This document shows, piece after piece, positions 1 to 11,476 of a stretch of DNA of 64,000 bases. This DNA is from Elsinoe ampelina (Eukaryota). Made by a program: the position numbers and the translations under genes. The notes beneath the pieces were generated by a model. That model made no database searches, was not told where the DNA came from, and was given only the letters and a program-made list of their open reading frames with translations. Location of the stretch: NCBI GenBank assembly GCA_010093995.1, contig ML992516.1:309413-373412 (forward strand), written 5' to 3'. Positions within the stretch are counted from its first letter, which is position 1; every line of letters begins with the position of its first letter.

Positions 1-619
1 TATAGCCAAGACTCCAAGTCAGGATCGGTGGCTAGCAGGGATGAGGTGGCATTGTGGGCGACGGTGTTATCCGGACCGGGGGCGAACAGGCCAAAGGACA
101 TGGCATGCTTCAAGATCCTCTCCACCCAGGTACCGGTGACGTTTTTGCCGACTTGCTCTGCGATCTTGTCATAGCTGATGCTGCCGGCTAATGGGACAAA
201 GTGGGCAAGTTTGAACGAGTTGATAGCCTGAAGTGTTGCTGGGGCACAATGCTTTGATCTGTTAGCCCTTGTATCATGTTCAAAGCCGCCACCCTGCGCG
301 GCCAAGAATGGTAAGGCAGCATGAAGCTTGCACGGCGCCGTCTGCAGGTACCAAAGATACGTACCAGGAAGGATAAGTTGACCAATTGATCACGGGGTCC
401 CCTGACCAATTCTGCTATGCGCTCCGCAGCTTCGATGATGGTGCCCTTTGCATCATGGAATGGTGCATTTTCGGTTGATAGGGAAATGGATGGATACTGG
501 CTCGCATACGAGAGAGGGGGCAAATTCTTCTTGCCCAAGAACTTGTTCAGATCGGCCGATGCTGAGAGGAGAGTCGCGGCCAGCTCATAGAGCTCCTGAT
601 CGTTCACACGGCTGCGCAT
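1..619 (-). CDS. CTB2: O-methyltransferase, CTB2/ElcD-like (5' part only; runs off window)
   Basis: ATG at 619 (MRSRVNDQELYELAATLL...LVRGPRDQLVNLSFL), intron from GTACGT at 364 with GCTAAC branch to ~252, then HCAPATLQ...VERILKHAMSFGLF...HNATSSLLATDPDLESWL. This is a fungal OMT dimerisation N-terminus closely resembling CTB2 as I recall it. Confidence 0.85.
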
Positions 620-2632
620 TCTGTCGTCGTTTGTGTGGTCAGCTGGTAGCGAATTTCGTGATAACAGCGAGAATAGGACAGTACAGAGATTTGCGCGCGA
701 GATGGCTGGCTTACGTCTATACACATAGTCGCAGATCAAAAACAACGTCAGGCATCGTGCGATACATGTTCGCCGTCACCTGCATCCGGCTGGGTTAATC
801 GCTGAGCGCGAGTCTCGAAACCCGACGCAGCAGTTTCACGAAGGCATGCCCGCCGCGTGCGAGACAGAGACGGTGGGTGGTTGTCGGGGGGCAGGGATGA
901 CCGACTCGCCCGAAACTCGAGAGCGATTCTACGAGAATTCGATGACCGGGGGGCTTGACATTTTGAGAAGATTTGCGCCGTGGGTCGCCGACTCCATGAC
1001 CTTTACCATTTCGAGACATGGTGGGCGTTTAGGGCTAAGACAGGAACAATCCTACACGCGCCGAGCCTAGCGCAGACAGAGGTGGACACTGGGCGGCAGC
1101 CATGGTTGATCGTCTCGGCGCCAGATATCCAGAGTGGGTATCATGTGGATGTGCGAGGCCCCGAAGAACGCGTGACGGGAGGCGGGAGGCGCCTGAGCCG
1201 TTGTAGTTCGTGCCAACACATGCACGAACTGTTTTTGTTGGACAATTTCAGAGCATCTGCGCGACCACTGGCTGTGGTTGTCATGCTAGTGGAAATGAGG
1301 TCAATATGCATGAGGAGATGCATGTCTTACCGTCCTGCCTCGTGCTTGCCCAGCTGACCATGCGCCGACCAGCCGCTCAGATTGCGTGTTGCTTTCGATA
1401 AAGTGCGTGGATAGTGGTTAGAGTGGCATTCGCAGAACCGTTCGTGGGGCAGCAGAGGCTCCCAAGGCTGAAGGGAACGGAACGGGAGATCTGCTGAGCC
1501 TGAAAGGAGAAGCTCATAGGGAAATCCAGGGCAAGACCGGGCGAGGTGCGGAGAGGCACACGACTCGTATTGCTGATTGACTACCTCTATCGAGTCCTCG
1601 CCGAGGAGCTAACAAAGGGCATCACGATTCGTGCTGGATCGCGTCTCTGCAAGCGATGCCTCGACTGCGCGTGTCTCTATCTTGGAAGAGATAACGAAAA
1701 TGATGAGACGGCTGGATGAGTGAACAATAATCGGAAGATGCTGGACGCGACCTCGCCGTATCTTTAGGGACGTCGACGTGGCCTTTTACGGCTTGACTTT
1801 TGCTTCGCAGAAGTAACTTGTCCAACGGTACTGTACCTCACCACAATCCGCATACTGACCTCACCAAGTGTATCATTTGACCAAGGTTGGCCCCGTGTCT
1901 ATGGTCCCACAGGTCCTGTGAACGATATCGTCGTCGATCGTGGTCCGCCCCCGACAAATAAGCTCTCGGGGAACGTCCCTTTTCCCTGCCAACTCCCAGT
2001 CATGCATTCACCGACTCACTGTATTTTCTGACACACTCTCTCTGACCAGGTCGGGCATCGTGAAACGCATCCAGCTGATTCTGCCGTACAGCACCAGCTC
2101 ACTGGGCGAGTCTGATCGACATGGAATACTCTTGGTAACGCCTATCTGGAATATGCTTCCCAGCCTTGGATGGGATCAAAGATGAGGTTCGATGAAAGGT
2201 GGCGATGGCGAGATGCAGGCTGGGTTTTGTACTCCGCCGTCGCTTAATGCTGGGCGATACAGTACCCTGTTTCGATCTTCGCGGATCATCCTCGCTGTAA
2301 GCGGAACAGCCTTCGCGCCCACTCTCTTTGACAGCTCGTACCTGTGCTACTACTGGCGAGGAGTGCTGCAGAAAAGTGTCGGGGGCATGCTGCTTCCCCG
2401 TCAGCTTTGCCTAGGTGAATACCAGGGCCCGCTCCGCACCGACCCTCTATGATGCTCACATGTTTCCATACAACGCAGCCATCGAAATTCACTTTTTGAC
2501 AGCTGGGACCCTTGGCCTGTAATATCTAGTCGTCTGGTTGTCCTACTTTTCTTTTCTGTGTTCCAGGCAACTTTGGTCTTGAACATCAACGATCCTCTTC
2601 ATTCCATAGCCCAACACACCAAAGCGAGTACC

Positions 2633-5090
2633 ATGGGCATGTTTGGTAAAAAGCCCGAGCCCAGTTCGGCAGGTGGCTACGACACCAAAGGTTACGATGC
2701 AAAGGGCTACGATGCCAAAGGATACGACACCAAAGCTGAACCCCAAAATGCTGCAGTAGCAGACGAGGTAGACACATCCTCGCCCCAACAAGCACCTCCA
2801 AAGGGTCAATGGATACTACTGTTCACATCGTGAGTACAGACCAAAAGACCCCACCAACAGGGCCGATTCTGACATTGCATGATTAGCCTCTGCATGGCAG
2901 TCTTCTGTCAGGCATTGGACAGTGAGTAACCCTATACCAAGACCGACCGTCACAGACGAACTGACTTTACACAGACACCATCTTGGCGACTGCCATCCCT
3001 CGAATCACAGATCAATTCCAATCCCTGGATGATGTTGGGTAAGTCTACTGCATTTGCTCTTTGCAGGTCTCCCTGTGTCTGACTATTGGTAGTTGGTATG
3101 GCTCGAGTTACCTGGTATGCCTTGCATCTCAACACTTGCGCCGGCGAGTCGACTGACCACTATAGCTCACAACATGCGCATTCCAATTGTCCTACGGCAA
3201 GCTATACAACTTGTTCCCGATCAAATGGGTCTTCTTGTCGGCACTGGCCTTCTTCCAGCTTGGCAGTCTGATATGCGGTGCGGCCCCGAACTCATTGGCC
3301 TTGATCATGGGTAGAGTGGTCGCTGGTATCGGCTCAGGAGGAATCTTCTCAGGAGCCCTCCTCATCGTCGCTCAGAACTTGCCCCTGCAACAACGGCCAA
3401 TCTACAATGGTATGCTGGGTAGCATGTACGCCATTTCCAGTGTTGCCGGACCACTGTGAGTATCAACGCAACAGCCATGGTGGATTACACTGACATCAGA
3501 TCAGTATGGGTGGTGCTTTTACCGACAATGTCACCTGGAGACTTTGCTTTTATATCAACCTTCCGATCGGTCTGCTCACGGCTATCTGCATATTCTTTTT
3601 CCTCAACAAAGAGGCTGGTCGCAATGACCGCTGGGATCTACCTCTGAAAGACAAAATCTTCGAATTGGATATCTACGGTGTTGTGGCACTGATACCGGCG
3701 ATTGTTTGCATCTTACTTGCGTAAGTAGACCCTTAGCCGTTGAAGCAACGAATAACTAACATCAAACAGCCTCCAATTTGGTGGTTCGACTTACGGATGG
3801 AACAGCTGGAGAGTCATTCTCCTTCTCGTCCTCTTCGTTGTTCTCTTCGGCATCTTCATCTTCATTCAATTCAAGCAGGGTGATCGAGCAACCATCCCAC
3901 CGACTGTCATCAAGGTCCGCACCATGTGGGCCTGTGGTGTCTACGCCTTCTTCTTCTTCGGATCCTTTCTCTCCATCACCTATTATCTTCCGATCTGGTT
4001 CCAGGCGATTAGGGGAGACTCGGCGACAGAATCCGGTATCAACAATTTGCCGTTCCTCCTCGGCACAGTCGTCTTTTCCATCATTGCCGGAGGAGCAGTC
4101 TTTGGAGTTGGTTACTACACCTGGGCTTGCATTGTGGGTAGCGTCATGGCATCTGTTGGTGCCGGCCTGCTGTCTACCTTCACTGTCAACACTGCCAAAG
4201 GAGCATGGATCGGCTACCAGATCATCTACGGTGGTGGTATCGGGTTTGGTCTCCAACAGCCACTCATTGCGGTTCAGACTGCACTACCGGATCGTCAAGT
4301 GTCCGAAGGTACTGCCATCATTACCTTCATCCAGGCCTTTGGAGGTACCATCTTTATTTCTGTGGCACAGAACGTCTTCAACAACCAGCTACTGTCCAAC
4401 GTGGTCTCACGCAACATCCCTATCAACCCTGCCGCTCTTCTCTCCGAAGGTGCGACCAGACTTGCTGAGCTTGCCCCGGAGGGATTCCTCGAACCCCTTC
4501 GGGAGGCATACAACGCTGCTTTGACGCAGACTTTCTACGTCACTGTCGCAACAGCCGCTTTGTCGACTCTGGGTGCAGCGTTCATCCCATGGCTCTCAGT
4601 TAAGAAAGAGAAGGCAGCGCCAAAAAAGGATGAGGAACACGAGATGGCCTCTTCGGATCGTGAGAACAGCCCATCGCCTGATGTCGCGCACGCCTACATG
4701 AAGGATGATGTCGAGAACCAGGCGTCCCCGGCCAAGGATCTTCCTCGTCTACCACTCCCTCGACAAGCAAGCAACATGTCCGAGAACTTCCAATCACGCT
4801 TCGGAGACAAGGCTAGCATCAAGTCACCCTCGGTCCATAACGGATCCATCCGACCCGACCCTAGAGACCAACAACTCGAAAAGGAAACGCAACACTTCCA
4901 CCGCGACGCCGAGCTGCATGAGCGCAACGCCCAGCTCTTCGACAAGAAAGCGAGATTGTACGACAAGAACGTCGAACTCTACGAGCGCAACGTCCGGCTG
5001 TACGACATGAACTCTCGCCTCTACGACAAGAGCGTGAATCGCTACGATCGCGAAGCCGAGCAAGTCGGACTATCAAGATCCAGATTTTAG
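2633..5090 (+). CDS. MFS drug:H+ antiporter (DHA2, 14-TMS; CFP/ElcC-like toxin exporter)
   Basis: Multi-exon (introns 2830-2886, 2922-2974, 3039-3092, 3115-3165, ~3457-3503, 3721-3769); motifs LDDVGWYGSSYLLT, GRVVAGIGSGG, WRLCFYINLPIG, YYLPIWFQAIRG. Confidence 0.92.
2675..2734 (+). repeat. 4 x 15-bp coding tandem repeat (GYD[T/A]K) in MFS N-terminus
   Basis: GGCTACGACACCAAA GGTTACGATGCAAAG GGCTACGATGCCAAA GGATACGACACCAAA. Confidence 0.9.
4896..5063 (+). repeat. 8 x 21-bp degenerate heptad repeat in MFS C-terminal tail
   Basis: FHRDAEL HERNAQL FDKKARL YDKNVEL YERNVRL YDMNSRL YDKSVNR YDREAEQ. Confidence 0.85.
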
Positions 5091-5856
5091 ATCTGAACCG
5101 GTACCTCGATGAGGCAGGAGCGCACGATCATGGCTCGATGACTTGAATCGACATGGTTCGTAACTTACCCGGGAGCTGGCACAATTTGACAAGGCACATG
5201 GTGGGACGGAGCGTGGGGGGAAGGACATTCGATCAATGCAGGGGGACGTACGTACATGGTGGCGTAATGTCGCGTATATGGCCGAAGACGCAATCACGAT
5301 AACCAAACAACCACATGGCTTGATTGCGCGGAGCTTCTCAGTGTTTCTGAAACTTGTAGATAGCTGATAGCGATACCTATGCGAGCGAGTGGGTGGAATG
5401 GCGGGGTATGTAGATTTGTAGCGACTATACCAATTTCCCTTTTGGCGCTAGACGGCATGCTTTCGGGCGGCGGCACAGTTCGGCTGACTTGGCCGTGGAT
5501 AACCTTTTGACAGCGTGAACGATGGGTTTAAGCCTACTGTTAACCTTACACGGGCATTTTTTTTGTGTTTGTGATGGTTGCATGGCTGCAGATATGCAGG
5601 CGAGGTGAATCTCCTGGTGGTGGGTTAATCAAATAAACAATCCCATCATTGTCTGCCCGTAGCACTATCTGCTGCAGGGGGATCGTCCACGTGGTGGCAC
5701 TACAATTGTAACCCAAGCCGAGAATTATTTCGATTACTGAACGCCTTGGGACCATCGTGTTGCCCATCCCATCTGTCGATTTTCTGTCCCCTCCCCCAAA
5801 TCTTCGTAGGTATGAATCTCCCCCAAGCAAATCCCCTCCCTATCACCGAAAACCCA

Positions 5857-7065
5857 TCACTCCTCATACATCCTCTCATACCTCCCCAACTCCACCCCCT
5901 CCGGCTCCCCCGGATCCGCCAACTTCCAAACCCCACTCCACGCCAACCACGCAAACACAGTCCTGAGCAACCAAACCCCCCACCCACTCTCGGGGTTGAT
6001 CAACTTGGGACTGATCCCGCCCAGCGGAATCGTCTGCGCCTTACCGACAAACCCCCTCAACCGGTCTTCGTACCGCTCAAACGCCGCCCCGGGGTCGCCG
6101 GGATCCGCGCTCAGTTCCCCGGCGACCGTGTACGCCCCGACGAGCGCGAGATTGGTGCCTTCGCCCGTGATCGGGGACGGGGCGTAGGCGGCGTCGCCGA
6201 CGAGGGCGCAGCGTCCCGTCGACCAGCGGGGGAGTTTGACCTGGGCGATGCGCTCGAAGTAAAAGTCCGAGGACGCGTGCATCTCCCGGAGAACGCGGGG
6301 GCCTTCGCCCGTCATGTCGCCGAAGATGGCCTGCAGTGCGGCTTTTTGGCGCCCCACGTCGCGGGATTCCAGCGCGGCTTCGAGCTCCGGTGATGCGGTG
6401 GCGAGGTTGAGGTACGCGGAGGAAATGGTGCGGTGCGCGGGGCGGACGAGGATGGAGCGTCCCCCCGTCGCGTTTTGCCAGCGGGCTTTGCGGAGGTCGC
6501 TGGGGAGGCGTGGGATGGTGAAGTAGGCGATGTATTGGTCGCGGGGCTTGAGGGAGGTGGCGCCTTCCGAGGGGAAGATTAGGGAGCGGGTTTTGGAGCG
6601 GAGGCCGTCGGCGCCGACGACGAAGGAGAAGGATTCGGTCGACCCGGACTTGAAGGTGACGTCGACGTGGGAGGCGTGTTGGGTGATGCTGGCTGGTGAG
6701 GTGCCGTATCGTATCTCGACGTTCGGGAGAGAGGTGGCTGCGTGGATGAGGATCTCGGCTAGGTTGCCGCGCATGATCTCGAGGCTGCGGGTGAGGCCTC
6801 CGCCGATGGAGGCGATTTCGTTGGCGTCGTCGTCGATGAGGGCGAAACCTTCTTCTCCGGTTGTTTTGGACTTGATCTCGTCTTCGAGGTTCATGCGCCG
6901 AACTATCTCCCTGGCGGGGCCTTCGACGTCGATGCCTTGACCAGATTTGAAGAGTTCGGGTGAACGTTCGATGATGGTGACATTGAAGCCACCCTTGGCG
7001 AGCCAGTATGCGAGGACAGGTCCTGCGATGCCTCCTCCAATGACCAGAGCCCTACGATCTGGCAT
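5857..7065 (-). CDS. CTB7: FAD-dependent monooxygenase, CTB7/ElcH-like
   Basis: Intronless 402 aa; GGGIAG Rossmann, GADG and LVGDAAY motifs; WLAKGGF, DFYFERI, PKLINPESGWGVWLLRT resemble CTB7 as recalled; cluster context. Confidence 0.8.
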   Translation of the reverse strand: MPDRRALVIGGGIAGPVLAYWLAKGGFNVTIIERSPELFKSGQGIDVEGPAREIVRRMNLEDEIKSKTTGEEGFALIDDDANEIASIGGGLTRSLEIMRGNLAEILIHAATSLPNVEIRYGTSPASITQHASHVDVTFKSGSTESFSFVVGADGLRSKTRSLIFPSEGATSLKPRDQYIAYFTIPRLPSDLRKARWQNATGGRSILVRPAHRTISSAYLNLATASPELEAALESRDVGRQKAALQAIFGDMTGEGPRVLREMHASSDFYFERIAQVKLPRWSTGRCALVGDAAYAPSPITGEGTNLALVGAYTVAGELSADPGDPGAAFERYEDRLRGFVGKAQTIPLGGISPKLINPESGWGVWLLRTVFAWLAWSGVWKLADPGEPEGVELGRYERMYEE

Positions 7066-7951
7066 GATTACGATTGAGCTTGAGAGTCGTGTTCCTCCGA
7101 GTCAGGTCGGTTGTATCGCTTGCGAGTCGTGATGCTGTGGGCCTTGCAGATTAGGTTTAGGAGATGTGTTGGGGCAGGAAATGCAGGCGAGATGACAATG
7201 TCCACACAGTCAATGGTGAGAGGTGGAAGATGTGAGGCCGGTGGAATTGGCATGTATGTCAGAATCTTGCCCAGGAATGGCGAGCTGAAGTGTTATTTGT
7301 ATGGCCGATTGAAGAAAATGGTGGAGTGTTTGATACTACCTGTTTGCAAGTGATATACTGGTCATGTTACGTCACGAAGAGGAAGTGATCATGCATCTCA
7401 CCGCGTCACCTACATTGCACATCGGGAACAAGGATTCGTGTTTCGTTTGTTTAGCGAAAGCATGAGTAGCAACAGATGCAAGCATATCCTGTCGAGTCGT
7501 GTTATCTTGAATCAATCCAGAGCAGGAATCGGTCAGCCGTGAGGGCTGGGATAGGGCGTGGAAGCCGAGAATCGTCCATGTCATTGTGCAGACTGCAAAC
7601 CAAGCACGGAAGAGAGTCGACAAGGATGAAGACAAGCTCTCGCATCACCCTCACTCCCCCGCCATGTGCCCTGACATGGCACTCTTCTTACCTCTCGTGT
7701 TCGTGATTGAGAAGAATGCTTGTGCAAGCGACTTAATCTGGACACACAGTCTTCCAGAGGGTTAATCTTCGCTGATTGTTAATTTAGACTTGAAGATCTG
7801 GGTTGTCGGATTGCATTTCCCATCGACGGCACCGTAAAACACTGAAGACGATAGACTTCGAGTGAATATCCATTGACTGACTACCCATGGGAGAGAGTAT
7901 CGGGGAACGCCTTTGCTACCAAAGAATAACGAAAAAAATCCCATCCCACGT

Positions 7952-10606
7952 CTAAAACTCCAACACCTCACACTCGTTGTACGGCTTCTGATCAAACATC
8001 TTCTTCGACCCAGCATAACTCCTCATCAGACTCCGGAAAGTCCTGATCTTCATGTCCTTCTCAAACGCCCCAATCTTCTCCGCCGTGACATTCTCCGTCC
8101 CCGCCCCGGCAATCGTCTTTGCCAAATCAGCCGCGTCCCGGAGAGCGGTGTTTGCTCCGACGCCTCCACACGGGCTCATGGCGTGGATGGCGTCTCCGAT
8201 CAGCGTCACCACGTTTGACGGCTTCCATCCCGGTGCCTCGGGCGTGGCTGAAACCACCCGGAACGTCGACGCCTGCCGCACATCCTGCAGTTCGAACAGC
8301 GACCTGATCGACGGATCCCACTCCTTTGTCAGTTCCAGAGACAAGTTCGCCGCCTCCTTGTCCGTCAGGTCCACGCGTGCTCCCGGTGCCACGAACATCT
8401 CCTTGCGTCCGATCAGCACCCAGTAGACATAATCCTCCGGGAGGTTGGCGATGGCGTCGCGGCTCTTCTGCTCGAACCGGATCGGCTCAGACAGTAGCGT
8501 GAGGGGGCTGTCTCCGATCAAGATGGATTGGATCAGTGGCGCCCCGTCCGTCGCAGCTGTCATCCACCGAAGCCCGCGTGCTGGGAATCTGCGGAGGAGG
8601 TCCGGTGTCATGACAGTCTTGCCGTAGATGCAGATGGCGCCCGTGTCGACGTACTTGTGACCGGGAAGCATCTGTTTGCGGACAGTCGATGAGCGACCAT
8701 CTGCGCCGACGATGAATGACCCTTCGTAGTGGCTGCCGTCCTTGAACTTGGCGACGACGAGAGATTTCTCCTCGTCTGCAGTGTAAGACTCGATCTCCTT
8801 TGCATAGACGATCTTATCTTCGATCCCCTTCATGAGCTGGTTTCGGAACACAGCCCGATCCACGGTGTAGGAAGCTCTCAAGCCACCGACAGCAAGCCCA
8901 CCCCCGGACCGACTCTTGACAATGTTCCCACTGAACGGATCGTAGTCGGTTTCACCAACTGTGGAGATGGCGCACGACGTCTGAAACTGATCGTAAACAT
9001 CCTGGGGTAAGCTTTCCTTGAGTGCAGCCGCAGCGTCATCTTCAAGCTTGAGTCGGTACCCCTGCGGACGCCAGTCTTCGGTAAGGTCCCGTTCGAACAC
9101 CAGGAAGTCAACACCATTCTTCTTCAGCCCTTGGGCGAGGAGCAAGCCACCGATGCCACCACCGATGACAAGCACAGGAAGCTTTTTCCCTCTCTCGAGA
9201 GGGGCGTGAATCCCGTTGGTGCCGTTTGAGGTTGCAGTAGCGGTAGCGGCACCATTACCATTGACGCCGTTGGTTTGAGAAGCTCCAGCCTTGAGCCCGA
9301 CAGTGAGAACACCCATGACGCTACCAGACGGCTGGGTAGAGTTTTGGACCTCGAGGCCAACCTTGTTCGTGAGCTCCTTCCAGTCACCAAGCTCTCGTTC
9401 TTTCGCGTTGAAGACCTGAATCATGGTGAGGTCACGAACTCGCAACTGTCGCTCCTGTAACACGGGGATAGTGCCAGGCTCAGGCAAGATCGTGTCCATG
9501 ATGATGACGCGAGCTCCGGGCTTCTTGAGCCCTGCTTGGATGTGTCCCAGGATCTTGACCGCCTCGGAATCGGGCCAGTCGTGGATGATCATGCGTAGGA
9601 GATAGATGTCTCCATCGGTAACAGGTTGAGGCTCGAAGAAATTGTGCTCCTTGTAGGTGAGTCGGTCACCGATCTCAGCTTTGGCAGGATTGGTGTCCCA
9701 TGCCTTGCGAGAGTTGGCGATGGTCTCAGGGAGATCCTCGACGATGAACTTGAGGTGAGGGTATGCTTGGGCGAGGGCGATGGAAGCGTGACCAGTCGAG
9801 CCTCCAACATCGACCACAGTTGAGCCGGCAGGTAAGCTCTTCCAGTCGAAGCCGTTGATGAGGTGTGTAAAGCTGATACCTTCAGTGGCCGCGACGTTGC
9901 GCATGTAGCTGGAGAAGAGAGTGTTCATCTCCTTGTTCTCCCTGAGATGGTCGAAGAAGGGAACGTTGACAGTCATGCCGACGTTGAAGGCAGTCTGATC
10001 CTTCTTGTCCGTCTTGCCCCATTTCTGGGTCGCTTCTGGGAGCTTGTAGGCGGTAGGTACAGAGTAGTTGGTCATCCACTTGGCCCACTCGAGGAACTTG
10101 GTGTCCTTGATGAGAAGGCCAGAGATCCTGCTGTGGGTAACCTTCTCAGGTTCGGGTTCGTAGAGGAAGCCATGAGTCTGGGCCATGCGGGCGATGGCCT
10201 TGAGCTGACTCTCCGGTACGTTGGCCTTTTGTGCGAGTTCGGTGTATGAAATGGCGGAGTCGAGGGGAACGAGGGGAACGATGTTCAGGTTGACGAGCCA
10301 TCTTAGGCATACAAGATTTTGATACTATCACATCTCAGCATGGGTAAGGTTGAATCAACATGGCAGTCATACATTCATGGCCACATTGTCAAGGTACTCT
10401 TTGGGGTCAGTGGCGAGAGCCAACAGCTGGGCTGCAGCATTAGCCAAAGCCTTGCGGGGTCCATTGAGAGCATCAGGTGTGCTGACAGGAGCGGTAGGTG
10501 CGAAGGGATCGTCAGTGATATTGGCTGCCTTGAGAATTTGGGCGATCTGATTCACGCTGGCAGTGGCCTGCTCAAGAGCAGTCTGCACACCAAGTTTGGC
10601 CGACAT
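7952..10606 (-). CDS. CTB3: Dual O-methyltransferase / FAD-dependent monooxygenase, CTB3/ElcB-like
   Basis: Exon 10606-10373, intron 10372-10325 (GTATGA..TAG), then long exon; OMT motifs VVDVGGSTGH and RMIIHDWPD; Asn/Gly linker; FMO motifs GGGIGG, GADG, LIGDAIH. Confidence 0.93.
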
Positions 10607-11476
10607 TGTATATGATCAATGAATGTTGAATGGATTGCCAACTCCTCTCGTACTCGCAAAACAGGAATTGCAAGTAAGCCAAATGATAAATGAGGTGTTG
10701 AATGTGCAAAGCGCGGAACTCTCCTAGTTGATAGTCGGACTACAGACAGGCGATACTCACCTACAAAAAGCGAGATTGCGAACCGAGTACCACTGATATG
10801 AAATGTCCCACAAGATACTCAACGGCATACAATGTCGTTGCAATTGCCTTACCAACGTTCGGTGATCATCTGCAGTTCCCGAGCTAAGCAAAGCACGGTT
10901 GCGGGCCTTTTGTGGTATTGACCCGACCCACCACGCACGTTCTCCGGTTCCCAATTGGCGAAAACCTTGGTATTTTTGCTTGCTCGCCACTCTTACCCAC
11001 GTTTATCGAGAATTTGCTTGCCAGTAATCGGTGACAGCTGAAACGATGCTTTCAACGTAGATGGCTGGTGCCAGTCCCGGTGAACGCTATGCGCCATGGC
11101 ACTGGCCCGAGCCTTCCGGTAGCATCCACTCATGCATCCATCATCCGTACCAGACCCAGTTTACCACCGGTATCTGTACTCGCCGAAGCCAAACGTACTC
11201 GACTGCTTTCCCTGAAGCTCCCCGTAGCACCGCAGGGTCAGCAATGTGATCGCGATAAGGCCAGTGTGAAACGAGCGGCAGTAGAGGCGATCAATATTCG
11301 CATGAGTCGGTCCTGTTGCATTCCAAGAGAGTATGAATAATCCTGGTATCCAGACAGCCCGCAGTGTGTCCCCATATAGCAGCCCTAGTCTCCGGGGTAC
11401 ACTCCCACCCTTCACCATTCAAGTCCTTCTTTCAACTCGTGCTTCCCGCCGCTGTCTTCAACAACGCACAGCAATC
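10607..11476. promoter_or_regulatory. Divergent (bidirectional) promoter region of CTB3-like and PKS genes
   Basis: 870-bp gap between head-to-head start codons; no credible ORF inside. Confidence 0.6.

Noticed and set aside
815..825. AflR-type TCG-N5-CGA site upstream of the CTB2-like gene
   Set aside because: Six fixed bases occur by chance about every 4 kb, and I found no copy in the PKS/CTB3 promoter
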